A stretch of DNA of 63,985 nt, filler included, from Hyphochytrium catenoides (GCA_900088475.1; 18 parts of 18 records of this genome joined end to end with filler, not necessarily neighbours in it), one strand, 5' to 3'. Positions 23,898-36,465 are shown, counted from the whole stretch's first letter. Made by a program: numbers and translations. Notes: generated by a model from the letters alone, not told the origin.

Positions 23898-26690
23898 NNN
23901 NNNNNNNNNNNNNNNNNNNNNNNNNNNNNNNNNNNNNNNNNTTAATTAATTAANNNNNNNNNNNNNNNNNNNNNNNNNNNNNNNNNNNNNNNNNNNNGGA
24001 GCGGATTCACGGCTAAGGCCCTGTCCTAGGAGCGCGAATCCCGGGGTGAGAGGGATATCCCGCGCGTGGAAGAAGCGTTGAAGCCACAGACCTGCGCTGA
24101 GCTCCCAAAGGGTGGTAGCCTTTGTGTTGCCCTCCTGGGAAACTCGTTGGAACCATATCCTCTCCAGTAAGCAGCGAAAGCGCGAAGGTGTTCAATATTG
24201 CCACTATGTCTAGGTTCTGGGCAGGCGCCAAAGGCTGAGGCTGACCGAGCAAATCTGAGACTGAGGAGCGAGGTCAGCCCATCGCCTAACGGCGCCAGGA
24301 AGACCTAACACATCCCCCGATATTTCGCCTATATCTAATTGGCTGCCTAGATGTCAACCTAGGTGTCAGTCCCAGTGGCAGCCGACTTACCGCGGTAGCT
24401 TGGTCCCAGGCTAACCATTTGTGATTGACCATAGTCCTTAAGCAGCGCCAGCTTAGCTACCATCATTCTAAANNNNNNNNNNNNNNNNNNNNNNNNNNNN
24501 NNNNNNNNNNNNNNNNNNNNNNNNNNNNNTCCAGGCTTAGGCCAGCCTGGTATCACTTACCAGCCTTGATGATTGACCCAATTTTATCCAGGACCAATCA
24601 GAAGTCCGCTGAGGCGTCAGCCCTAAGTGCCGCAGCACCCAGAAGCGAGCGGAGGTTATTGACCCAACGCTAAGCGTTCATTGGCAGCCACCGCCTGCCA
24701 GAACAAATGCGCTGATATTTTAATAAAGCATCTTCAAAAGTACCCTTTCTCTTGCTCGCCTACTGGAGAAATGGTCTTGAGTGCTCTCTCTTCCTCCCCT
24801 CTCTACGATTGTAAGTGCTGAGGAAATCAGCTATGATGGCTCCTTTCCTATCTTGATGGTGGACCGGGCATTAGACAGACAAAAGCTTCGTAGCGGGCTT
24901 CTCCTTTTCTTATGCTTGCTTCTATCCTTATTTTTATTTCCTTGCCTTTTCTGGAAGTACTAATTCAGAAGCAACAAGAAAAAGCAATGCCCGTCATCTA
25001 TACCTTAGGGAGATTCTAGAGACAGAAGAATGCCCAGAATGAGAGGGGACATAATACACTCAAGGGAGGTGATAGGGAGCTTGATATCGAAGAGAAATTG
25101 TCAAAAGCAGCGGAAGAAAGAAGTACTGGGATAGCTATTGAAGGCTCACCCTATACAACGTATTAGGGGCTAGGAAGATTATGTGTAGGACCAAAAGACT
25201 ACAGTGTCAATGAGAGCGCAAAGAGGAAGACATCGGAGGTAGAGAAAATTCAGGGCAACAGGTAGGACATGTCCAGTGGGAGCAGACGGACGGAAAGGAA
25301 GGAAAGCATGAGTCAACTTCGACGAGACAGAGAGCACAAAAGAGACAGAGGAGAGGGATCGGAGGCGGAGGGCCTCTAGTGAAAAGAGACACTGAGTGCG
25401 GAGGGACGTTGTTTTTGTTCAGGACTTATGATCCTCAAAGCAGCAGCGTGGAAGGGAAGGAGGGCTGAATAGATTGTAAGAGTACGGCCAGCTAGGACAG
25501 CAATCAAGGCTAAGCAATATAAAGCAAGAAGAGAAAGCGAAGCTCAAGGGGGCGGTCGGATGTAGGAAAGGCTTACAAGAAGGCGAAGAATGGTGAGCCA
25601 CTCACTAGGACAAGGACGGGTAGCCAAGAGGGCGAAATGGAGGAGACGGGATCCCGCCTGAATGAATCAATATATACTGAGAAGAGCCGAGTGAGAGCCA
25701 AGACGGAGATCAAAGTGAGAGGACCACCCAAAGAGTGCAGAAGACACAAAAGACAACAAAAAGAGCAAGCGTTACAACCCTAAGAAGTAAGGCAAGTGGG
25801 ACATGGAGCCTATCCAGACAAGTGGAACATGCAACAGCTTACAGATTACTTATCAGCCCNTATATATATATATATAGATGGAGAGAGAGAGAGAGAGAGA
25901 GGCATCTTAAGAAAGAGAGGCACGTGGTGAGACCTGGTGAGGCGGAAAGCGATGGTTCATATAGCCCCTATTACAGGGTAGAACTATACAAAGTTAAGGA
26001 GTGTAGAAAGCGAAAAGGAGGGGCCCCTGGGGAAAGACGAAAAACCGGGAAGAAATGGGAGTCAAGGAAAGGAGAAAGGACAGAGCGAAAAAGAGAGAAA
26101 GACAGACAGACGACACAACGAGAGAGAGGGTCATGGCGAAGGTGATGTGAGGCGAGTCAACCTGAGAAGAGAAATCTTTACTCTCCTTCTCTACATCTTC
26201 ACTCTACCTGATCAAAGTTCTCATGGAGCGCAACCCAATTCTGACATGAACCTCGTGCTTGGCTCTATGTCAACCTATCATAAAGAAGACAGAGCTGAGT
26301 TAGGAAGAGCATGCGCGATGCCATTTTGAAAGCGGTTGGGAGAGTAGCAGCGAGAGGGAGAGGATAGGAAGGTTCATGACTGAGGAGGGAAAAGGTCGGT
26401 GACATTGAACGAGGAGGGAGAGAGCGTGGTGCAAAGAAGAATAAAAGAGGAGAAGTAAAGCGAGAAAACGATGAGAAAAAAAGAAGTGAGGGAGATTTTG
26501 ACTGCTGAGAGAGAGAGAGAGAGAGAGAATCAGAAGACAGGAAGAGAGACAGACACACGGGAGAATGGAGGGAGTGAAGAGAAACCTGACNNNNNNNNNN
26601 NNNNNNNNNNNNNNNNNNNNNNNNNNNNNNNNNNTTAATTAATTAANNNNNNNNNNNNNNNNNNNNNNNNNNNNNNNNNNNNNNNNNNNN

Positions 26691-27045
26691 CCGCGGGTTA
26701 GAAGAGGCGAAGAAGCTCCTTCAGCTCTCTCTCTCGTGCGGCTTCAGGGAGTCAGGAATAGTCTTAGGTAGAATCATCGAGAGAGGGATCCTCAAATCGT
26801 AATAACGAGGCGGAAGCGATCCAGGGAGAGAGACATACGAGGGAAAGAGAAAGAGAAAGAGAGAGAGAGAGAGAGAAAGAAGCGGAGATGTGAAAGAGGG
26901 AAAAGGAAAGAAACGGCGATTGACAAGAAGCCACTATACTAAGAGCAACGTAAGGAAAGGGCGGAAGAGAGAGAGAGAGAGAGAGAGATAAAGAGAGAGA
27001 GAGAGAGCAAGAGCAGGGAATACGATAGTGAATACCGGGAAGTGA

Positions 27046-27102
<57 letters not shown>

Positions 27103-28208
27103 TCTCTCTCCACCTCCCTCTCTTTCTCTCTCTCTGCACTGCTCTCCTGTCACAGGGCGGAAGGTGATGGTGGCTCTGCGGACGACGGCAAATCTGTTGG
27201 AGCTTCCTCTGGCGCTGGACGGGCAGCTGATCGTGTCTTCGGCCTACCTTCAGCATGTCCTGACTCTTGCTAACGAGAAGTTTAGAGAGAATAGAAGGTA
27301 AAGACAATCCTTTTCTTTCTTTCTCTCTCTCTTTTTCTCTCTGGCGCGTGTCCTCTCTTAATATCTCTCTCTCTCTCCTCTTAATCTCTCTCTCGGTCAG
27401 ACTGTGGCTTAGTCTCCTTCTTTTCTTTCTCTCTCTCTGTGTCTTCCATTCGTTTGAAATGTCTCTCTATAACCCATCTGCTCCTGTCCTGAAATACCTA
27501 AGAGTCTTTTTCTTTTTAGGCGGACTGACAGGCTCCTCCTCAAGTTTCGTGAGACCTTCTACTCTTCCACGCCAACCCCTCTTTCTAAGCAGCAGAGGGA
27601 AACGCGAGATGATTCCAGGAGAAGAGAGAGAGAGAGAGAGCAACAAGGCTCTCTCGCTTTCGGACCTCCTTCTCTGCCCGAGCGAGAGGAAACCTTCTTG
27701 AAAGTGCTGGATACACCTGAACTGCTCCTCCGCTACGGCCACACCTCCACCCAAAGTGCGTTCTGGCGGGCAAGAGGCCAGTGAGAAGAGAGAAAAGGAG
27801 AGAAAGGAGACGAGCGAGAGAGAGAGAGAGAGAGAAAGCGAGAATAGAAACAATTCTGAGGCGCTAAATCTGTTTTCTTTGCTTTATCTATAGTTCAAAA
27901 GAATGAGTTCTTAGTCTTTGGAGGTTCTGGCGGGAAGGAGAAGGGCGGCCGAAGGTTGAATGATCTTCTCCACGTGACCTTCCAAGGAGAGAAAGAGAGA
28001 GACGCTGGCGTGGTCTGCGAAATTTGGGAAACGGAGGGAGAAAGTCCGCAGCCGCGGGTGAAGCACAGCGCGTTTGAGGTTAGGAAGAGACCCTGATGCC
28101 TGCGACGGCCTCTCTCTCCTCTGGGCGTCTTTATATCGGCTGTATCCCTGCCCTGTTATAGCACTTTCTGTTTGCGCCATCCATATCGAGACGCCCCTCT
28201 TTCTCTAT

Positions 28209-28260
<52 letters not shown>

Positions 28261-28727
28261 CCTCAATACATCCGTCTCCTGCTTTCCCCTTTCAAGCGAG
28301 AGCATTCCAATGGTCTCTCAAATCCCCTGTTCAGCTTCGTGGACCCTTTCTCTTTCTCTCTCTAATTATCCTCTCTCTCTCTGTCTTGCTTTCCATCATC
28401 GCCTCTCATCCATCTTTCTCTCCTCTAGGCCGCGGGCTATCTCTTCATCTTCGGGGGCCGGGCGAGCCCTGCGAAGGCATTCAACACTCTTCATGGCTTG
28501 GACCTTAGCGCCCGCCGATGGCACTCTATAGAGTCGGCAGGAGCTCTTCCCAGCCCGCGCTGGAGTCTTACGGCCTCGAAAGTTGAAGAGAGCGGTAAGG
28601 TAGCCTTTCTCTCTCTTTCTCTCTCTCTTCTCTCCATTTCTCTCTACTTCTCCTCTGCACTAAATCAGCCACGAACAGCCACGAACACTTCGTTACCTCT
28701 ATCTCTTTCTCTCTCTCTCTATCCCTA

Positions 28728-28761
<34 letters not shown>

Positions 28762-28772
28762 TCTCTTTCACA

Positions 28773-28834
<62 letters not shown>

Positions 28835-29050
28835 ACTTCCTCGCTCTCTCTCTTCCTCCCTCTCTCTCTTGCTTGATCGATCGCATCCTGTCTCTGCTTG
28901 CTCTCTCCCTAGATGAAGGCTGTGGTCCTAGCGTAGTGCTACTACATGGAGGGAGAGACGCGGAACAGGTCTTCAATGATCTACTCCTCCTAAAGATCAC
29001 CAAAGAGAGCCCTTCATCTCTTCCCCGAGCAGAGTGGGAAGCACTACCAG
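26691..29050 (+). CDS. TYW3: tRNA wybutosine-synthesizing TYW3-kelch fusion (TYW2/3/4-type), internal 6 exons
   Basis: Exons 26691-26767, 27156-27297, 27520-27755, 27894-28078, 28429-28594 and 28913-29050 splice in frame. The TYW3 C-terminal half (AKKLLQLSLSCGFRESGI...VALRTT..LELPL...ANEKF) is followed by kelch repeats (RYGHT, FLVFGG, PRVKHSA, FIFGGRASP, PSPRW, LHGGR). Confidence 0.85.
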
Positions 29051-29194
29051 GTAGGTGCGGCCTTAAATAAGGTTCCTTTCTCTCTCTCTCTCTNNNNNNN
29101 NNNNNNNNNNNNNNNNNNNNNNNNNNNNNNNNNNNNNTTAATTAATTAANNNNNNNNNNNNNNNNNNNNNNNNNNNNNNNNNNNNNNNNNNNNC

Positions 29195-29308
29195 TGGATG
29201 CACGAAGGGAAGAAACCTTACGAGTGCGACTTTCCTGGCTGTAACAAGAAGTTTACCCAGGTTTCCAACTTTACCAGGCATAAGAAGCTGCACGCTACCA
29301 AGGGCTAG
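29195..29308 (+). CDS. C-terminal C2H2 zinc finger of a transcription factor, 5' truncated
   Basis: Reads HEGKKPYECDFPGCNKKFTQVSNFTRHKKLHATKG*, with a TGEKPY-like linker and C-x4-C-x12-H-x3-H spacing. Confidence 0.9.
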   Translation, partial: WMHEGKKPYECDFPGCNKKFTQVSNFTRHKKLHATKG

Positions 29309-29937
29309 AGAGAGAAGAGAGAGAGAGAGAGAGAGGAAGAGAGAGAGTTATACTCTCTCGTTTGTCTCGTCTCTTCCAATTCTCTTCTTTCTCTCTCTCT
29401 CTCTCTTTCCCTCCGTCCCCGGTCTCTTTCTTCAGTGGGATATCTTCCAACCGTATCTTTTCATCAGTGATGCCGTTCAATCGCTGTTTCTCCCCTTTCT
29501 GTTTGGTCGTTTCTCTCTCTCTCTCTGTCCTTTTGGTGTCTCTTCTTGGTATGTCTTCCACAACTACTTTTGAAGAGAGAAACAAGAGAAATCCTGCGGC
29601 CGCAGCTGGGACAACCTCCTCCACCTCTTCTCTTTCTCTCTGTGTGTCGCACTGCCTTAAGCGAGACATAAAAAGAGGAGAAGAGAGGAGGAAGAAAGGA
29701 TGCCTCTTCCAAGGCTGACGACGCTCGCCAGGGAACAAAGAGTGACAAACTCTCTCTTCTATTCCAGAACTGTTTCTTAAGAGCCTCAGTTTAAATAGAG
29801 GAGAGGACAGAAAGGGAGAAGAAAAGAGGGAAAGAAGTAGAAGACAAGGTTGATTTAGCTTTTTCCTCATTATTTATTGCCATAATAGGCTTTCCAAAAC
29901 GAAGACTGCGCTTGCATTCAAGAGCTGTAGCAAGAAG

Positions 29938-29968
<31 letters not shown>

Positions 29969-30213
29969 TGATAGAGAAAGAGGAGAGAACACAGGAAGAT
30001 ACGGAGGGTGATTGCCGATCCAAGTGTTACTGAAAGAGGATTAGCGGTGAAGGAAAAGAGTCTTGACCTCAGCCATAATCTCCCTTTCTCTAGATGCCTA
30101 CCTTCTGTCATGTACAGAATCTATCTCTTTCTCTCTCTCTCTCTCTCACCCACACACTCTCTCTCTTTCCTTTTGCTCTCCCTTCAGTTCACGTGAGCCA
30201 ATATATAAAGATA

Positions 30214-30555
30214 TTATATTCCAAGAAACACTCTTCCATGCAAAACTGCAGGCAATTTCTTCGAGACGATGTTGAGGACATCCTCGCGAGAATATCTGCA
30301 AAAGAGAGAGAGGGAGAGAGAGAGAGAGAGAGAAAGAAGTATTAGAGGAGTGCAATCAAAAAGGAGAGAGAGTGGTAAGCTGACAGGAACAGAGGAGAAA
30401 GAAGACAGCGCCGTCATTTAAACTCTAGCACTGCCCTTCTAAAATATTGTCTTCCCTTTCTTCGTCTTTGCCAAACACTCTCCTGTTATTGCTTGGGAGT
30501 GCTTCCCATTTTCTCTCTTCTTACGAAGTCCATCATATAGATATTTTCTCTCTCG

Positions 30556-30611
<56 letters not shown>

Positions 30612-30750
30612 CTCTGTTGCCTCCGTCTCCGATTCCCTCTCTCTCCCGTCGTTCTTCTCTCCTGCTGCCCGATGGTTTCGGCTTCCTTCATCCGTTTCCG
30701 TCATTTTCTTAACCCATAACTTTGCATCTTCTCTCTCTATGTTCGTTATG

Positions 30751-30793
<43 letters not shown>

Positions 30794-30979
30794 TTCTCTC
30801 TCTCTCTCTCTTTTCTCTCTCTCTCTCTCTCTCTCTTTCTCCAATTACCTGGCTGAGAAGTGCATAAACACAATGAACTCATTTTGAAAGAGAGGCGCGG
30901 CTTGGACAACATCTTCCAAGTGAATGTGACCCTTCTCTCTCGCCACCGAGGGAGAGACTGCATCATCAAGAAAGGTGAC
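30214..30979 (-). CDS. tRNase Z, short TM (plant TRZ1/2-like) type, last 2 exons
   Basis: Exons 30979-30849 and 30295-30214 give VTFLDDAVSPSVAREKGHIHLEDVV...FIVFMHFSARYSREDV...GRVFLGI*. This contains the (E)xTF, GHxH and HFSxRY motifs. Confidence 0.85.
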
Positions 30980-31703
30980 CTGAGTGATGGGGAATGCAAA
31001 ATGNNNNNNNNNNNNNNNNNNNNNNNNNNNNNNNNNNNNNNNNNNNNNGAGAGAGAGAGAGAGTTAAACAGACAGATGCGGGGAAAAGAAAGTAAAGAGA
31101 GGAAGGGAAAGGATCAAAACCAACTTCCTTTAGCTGTCTGGTGCCTTACTCCCCTGTCTGCATCCAAACGTATATGTTCACCCCTTTCCCTTGCAAAAGC
31201 CTCTCTCTCTCTCCTCCTCCTCTCTCTCTCTTTTTCTCTCTCTCTCTCTCTCTCCCGCTATTTCTCTCTTGGTCATTTCTCTTCGAGCTCTTTTTGCTCA
31301 CATTCGAGATCGGTCTCCCCCTGACACACTTTTCTCTCTCTACCCTCCCCCTCTTTCTATGCCTCCATCAAATTTTATTTGTTCTCTTCGTCTGTTTCTC
31401 TCCTTCCTTCTCTCTCCTCTCTCCTTGTCTTTCTCTCTCTCTCACTTTTTCTCTCTCTCTGTCTCTGTCTCTTCTTCGGTCTCAGCCTTTCTCTCTCTCT
31501 CTAATTCTCCACTCTCTCGCTCATTATCTCTCCCTCTCTCCGCACTCTCACCCTGGAAACCAGAATGTCTCTCTTCTTCTTTCTCTCTCTCTNNNNNNNN
31601 NNNNNNNNNNNNNNNNNNNNNNNNNNNNNNNNNNNNTTAATTAATTAANNNNNNNNNNNNNNNNNNNNNNNNNNNNNNNNNNNNNNNNNNNNAGAGAGAG
31701 AGA

Positions 31704-31734
<31 letters not shown>

Positions 31735-31883
31735 CGATAGAGGGAAGAGAGAGCCATGTGAAAAGGGCGTACGGTGGAAGAGAAAGAGACACGAGATGAG
31801 GAAGAGGAACTTCCCTCTGGTGTGCAGTTTCTCTCTGCCAGGGAAGCTCGGTACAGGTATCATCACCCTCTCTGCTCCCGTCC

Positions 31884-31914
<31 letters not shown>

Positions 31915-32612
31915 CTCTCTCTCTCTCTCTCTATCGCTGGCACCTTCCCTCCGAGTGATGCTAACCACTTGCTCTTGCCTTGACACACAGTGATGTGCAG
32001 GCAACGCCAGGGCCGGGCAGCGACCAGCGAGGTGAACCCAGGCTGCGCATCATCAAGGCACGCTTCTATCTCCGCGAGCTCAATAACTTCCACGGATTGC
32101 AGTTCTTTGTCTCTCCTCTTTCATCTGTTCTACTCCTTTCCCTGCCTCTAACGACGTTCTCTCTCTCTGAGAAACAGTCTTTTCTCCGCTCTCACCGATA
32201 GCCTCTCTCTTCTCCTGCTTTCTAGAACCTAAGCATCGCAGACGACGGGGCTTAAGCTTCTTCCTCTTTCTTGCTCTCTCTCCTAGCAGAAAAGTGTCGA
32301 TCGAATTGGTAAACGGTGGACTCATGCACGTGGAAGATGATAGGAAGTATTGTGGCTGATCTCTCTCTCTCTTCTCTCTCTTTCTCTAGCCAGTGCTAGG
32401 GAGATCAGAGGAGAGAGAGTTGAGATAGCTGGCGATGGGCGCAAGGACTTATTCTTAGTAGTGCTCTCGTCTGCTGCTAGCGCCTCGCACTTTCGCGAGC
32501 ACTAGTGGCTCCAAGACCAACCAGAAGAGAAGGATGATTTTGCGACGATAACTCTCTCTCTCTCTGTCTGTCTCTCTCCTGTCACTCTTCTCCTCACCCT
32601 CTTTTTGAGATT

Positions 32613-33788
32613 ATGGTGGGGAAGCGTCTGCGGAGGTCAGCCGATGCAGTCGGCACTCTCCCACAAGATGCTAAACAGAGCAAAGAGAAAGACAGACAAG
32701 AGAACGCGGAGCTCGACGACTTGGAGAATGCCAAGCTTCCCATAGAGAAAACGAAGGGATGGCATGGTCTGGAGAACGGATCTCAAGAAGACAGGGGATT
32801 GCTCCGAAGTGCGAATAACTGGGAAGAAGTCCATCATTCTGAAGATCCCGGCTGTTTCTTCCATCTTGATCTCTCAGGGTTTGAGGACGACGAAGGAGAT
32901 GCAGTTAGTCTAGACCACGAAAGACGAGTGCATCATGCCTGGCTGGGCTCTCCACAAAGCGTAGGGAAAGCTTCTCCCCAGGCTCTTCCTCGTCTCTCTC
33001 TTCGTCTGCCCTCTCGAACCCACTCTGACAAGGGTCCAGGCTTAGGGAAGACCTTTCTTCAGCTAGTACAAGGCCTCGTGAGGGAGAAGAAAGAGAAAGA
33101 AAGGAAGTCTTCCTCTCCGTCCAGCTCCGAGACAGGTCTAGAGGATGATAGCTTACCCACAAGGGTGGTCTCGGCTGTGAAGATAGAGGAAGGAGGGGAA
33201 GAGCAACAGCAGGCAGAGCTCATAGATGACGCGCTGACGCCGTACGGCTCCTTTCCTTCCAGGCCTTCCCTTCCTGAGGTCATCTTAACAGTCAAAGAGA
33301 GAAAGAAGGAATCGCTGCGGATACTTCCCCCGCCGCAGGGAGCTCTTCCTCTCTCTTCTGTTACAATAGATAGTGTTAGGCATCGTGATGAAAGCTCATC
33401 GGGAGGGAGGAGAGGAGACTATCCCTCGCGGGGTCCTCCTCCTCCTCCATCCGTCCCACGACGGCTCAGCATCAAGGAGAGGTGGAAAGGCTGGAAGATC
33501 AAGGCGCTGTTGGGCATGTTTTGGATGTTCTTTCTTCGTAAGAGATTCCACCTCCCTTTCTCTCCGTCTCTCACTTTCCTTTTCTCTCATCTTCTCTCTC
33601 TTGTCCATCTTTCTCGCTGTGATCTTGCTGTCTATCTCACTCACTCTCTCTCTCTGTTCGTCACTCGTCTTAGCCACTATATCGTGTGTGATACCCTTCT
33701 CTCTTCCTTTTCTATGCTAAACTCCTCCCTCCTCTCTGGTTTTCATCTCCTCTCGCCATCTGTGTCTCTCTGTGTGTGCTTTCTCTCT

Positions 33789-33819
<31 letters not shown>

Positions 33820-33948
33820 CTACACTCACACTCTTCTGTTGCTGCTATCCTCTCTTCCTTGGCCATGGCCTGTAGACGAGATCGTTAGGTAAGCTTCAAA
33901 AGTGCTGAGGTGATAAAGTTGGCTGGTACTCACACTCTTCGGACTCTC

Positions 33949-34012
<64 letters not shown>

Positions 34013-36465
34013 TTCTCTCTCTCTCTCTCTCTGTGTCTTGTTCCACTCTACCCTTGGGACAATGCTCGCCGTCCGCCTCTTTGGCACAAAGCATCGGGAT
34101 CACTCTCCTTCTCTCTTCATTCACTATGAAGAACGCCGTTGCCCAGTACGAATCTACTACTGCAGATGTCTTCCAGCGTCTTCGCGACGACAATCTGGAT
34201 ATTCTTCAGCAAAGCTTTGTGAAGATCCGGAAAGGCTTCGTCAATGAGATTCAGACGAATGTTAGCGACTATGTGATGCTCACTACCTACCCAGCGTTCT
34301 CTATAAGAGATGTAAGACGTTGGGACAACGAAGTGTCGCTAACTCTTTCACTGCTCTTTAGGCGTTGTCCATTCCCGTCTCTCCTACCCGATTCCTCTCG
34401 CTCTCTCCGCATTTCGTGCTATACGTTCTATAAGAGCTGCGTTACTCTATGGAAGTTGATTGCGAACCTCTACCTCCGTGTTGTTTTCTCTTCTGTTTCT
34501 CTCACCTTTCGCTTTTCTCTCTCTCTCGCTCTCTGTCTTCTTGCCCACGCTTTACGCCTCGCACTCCCTCTCGCACTTCCAATGTCTCACTCCCTTTGTC
34601 TCACGCCCTTTGTCTCACACCCTGTAAACTAATCTCTCTCTCTCCCACTCTCTGTCTTCTTGCTCTCGCTCTAATGCCTCCTTATAAACCGCATATTGCT
34701 TCTGTTCCACGCTACCTTCACCTCAGGCGATTTTGAGTGGACTCAGCGACTCGGCGCTCTTCAAAAGCTATGAGGAGCTGCTTCCAGAGAATAGAGACAT
34801 CTTCAATCGGCCATTGTTACAATATATCAGAAGAAAGAAGGAAGAGTACCGGGACTCGACAACCACCTTAGGCATAGGATTCAACAGAGGTGAGGCCTCT
34901 CTCTCTTCTGCGTTGGGATCTCTGAGAACGGGTTGTAGGGGCGGAGTTGTAGATGAGACTTGACGAGGGAAGAGTGGGACCCGGCACGGAGAAGAGAGAG
35001 AAACGAAGGGAATCCCTTTTGGGAGCCTCGGAAAAGGAGAGTGGAAAACGACAGGCGTTGTGCTGACTTTTGGTGCCTTCTCGCCGTCAGACGGGACAAT
35101 TTTTAGGATCTCAAACAATGTTGAATCACAAGGAGAGGATCGGTACATCATCACTCTTCCCCAGTATGAACACAAACCAGGTGAGTACTGACAACCGAGC
35201 ACTGTCTCAGTGAGAGAAAACGCGAGATAGAGAGTGGAAGAGAGAGAGAGACAGAGAGTGAGAGAAGGGAGTTGGAGATAGGGAGAAGAGGAAAATGGGA
35301 GAACAGAGAGCGCGGTCACACAAGACCCACAGACCGTGTTGCTTCACATATTCTGACCTGCAAATTCATGCAGCACTGACATTCTCCCTTCTTCTTTCGC
35401 CTTCTCTCTCTCCACCTGTCCGTTCTCTACTCTATTCTCGTTCCGTAAGATGGAAAGGAGTATTGCAATATCCCTAACAACTACACCAAGGGCTTTAACG
35501 TGACGCTTGCAAGAGAAAACACGTGCACCAAACCTGCCTGGAACCTCGTTCGCTGCATGGTAAGAGAGCCTGATCGCTATGCCAGAGGATAGCTCCAGAG
35601 GGAGGAGAATGAACTAAGAGAGAGAGGGAACGACACACAGAGAGAGAGAGATGAGAGAGAGACAGAACAGAGAGAGAGAGAGGGAGAGAGAGAGAGAGAG
35701 ACAGAAAAAGTTCGACTGTGAGAGAGGACAAGATAAAGGGAAACAGAGAACAGAGAGAGTGAGAGAGGCAGAGGATACGACATGAGCTACAAAGAGCGCT
35801 CGTCTACGGAAGAGACAACTTTTTGATCTCGTTTATGCCGTGTGTTTCTATCTTTCTGCCACTGACTCACCTTCACGGTTCCTTTCTATTATGCATCTTA
35901 CATCGGTAGATTGATAAGACAAGAACAACTTGCACGCCAGGAGTGGCTCCTGAGGTTGTTTACGGTGTGAATGCACATGGCAGGGACTGGTGTAAGTCTT
36001 CCCTGTCTCTTTCTTCGATTTGAAAGGAGCGAGGGGACTCCTTTCTTTTTATATGATTCGTACGTTGGGTCTCTCCTTGCGCTCAGGCTGCTGTTGTCTC
36101 ATCTTCTCTGGCTCAGGAAGGAGCTCTATCCCTTCTTTCTTTCCAAGGGGAGCACCTTTCACAATCGTTACTTGTCTCAAAGACTGCCCTCTTTCCTTTC
36201 TCTTCCAGATGTCCCAGTCAGAGAGATTAATGGTCCGGCATACCTTGAAGCTCCCAGAGATAAGCCGTCCATGCTCCCGATCGGGCGGCCTGTTTGGTCT
36301 CAGCCATACATTTCATCAGCGACGGGGAGAATTGGCATTGCATTCTCTGTTCCCATCTTTTCCCGCTCTGCTCCTTCCTTTCCAGGAGAGTTCATCGGCG
36401 TCGCGGCAGCAGACCTTCACCTCGACAACCTCTCCAAATATCTTGGCTTTCAAGGTTATAATGGC
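32613..36465 (+). CDS. Membrane protein with extracytoplasmic dCache_1 sensor domain, 8 exons, 3' truncated
   Basis: Exons 32613-33537, 33876-33888, 34092-34311, 34727-34889, 35091-35180, 35450-35559, 35910-35991 and 36209-36465 are all in phase. A disordered N-terminus precedes a TM helix (ALLGMFWMFFLHEIVSIGITLLL). After it come GRDWY...PVWSQPYISSATGRIGIAFSVPIF...GEFIGVAAADLHLDNLSKYL, the Cache PDC motifs. Confidence 0.8.

Noticed and set aside
26691-30979. Apparent tRNA-maturation cluster (TYW3 fusion next to tRNase Z)
   Set aside because: The linker at 29094-29193 separates them, so the adjacency is artificial.
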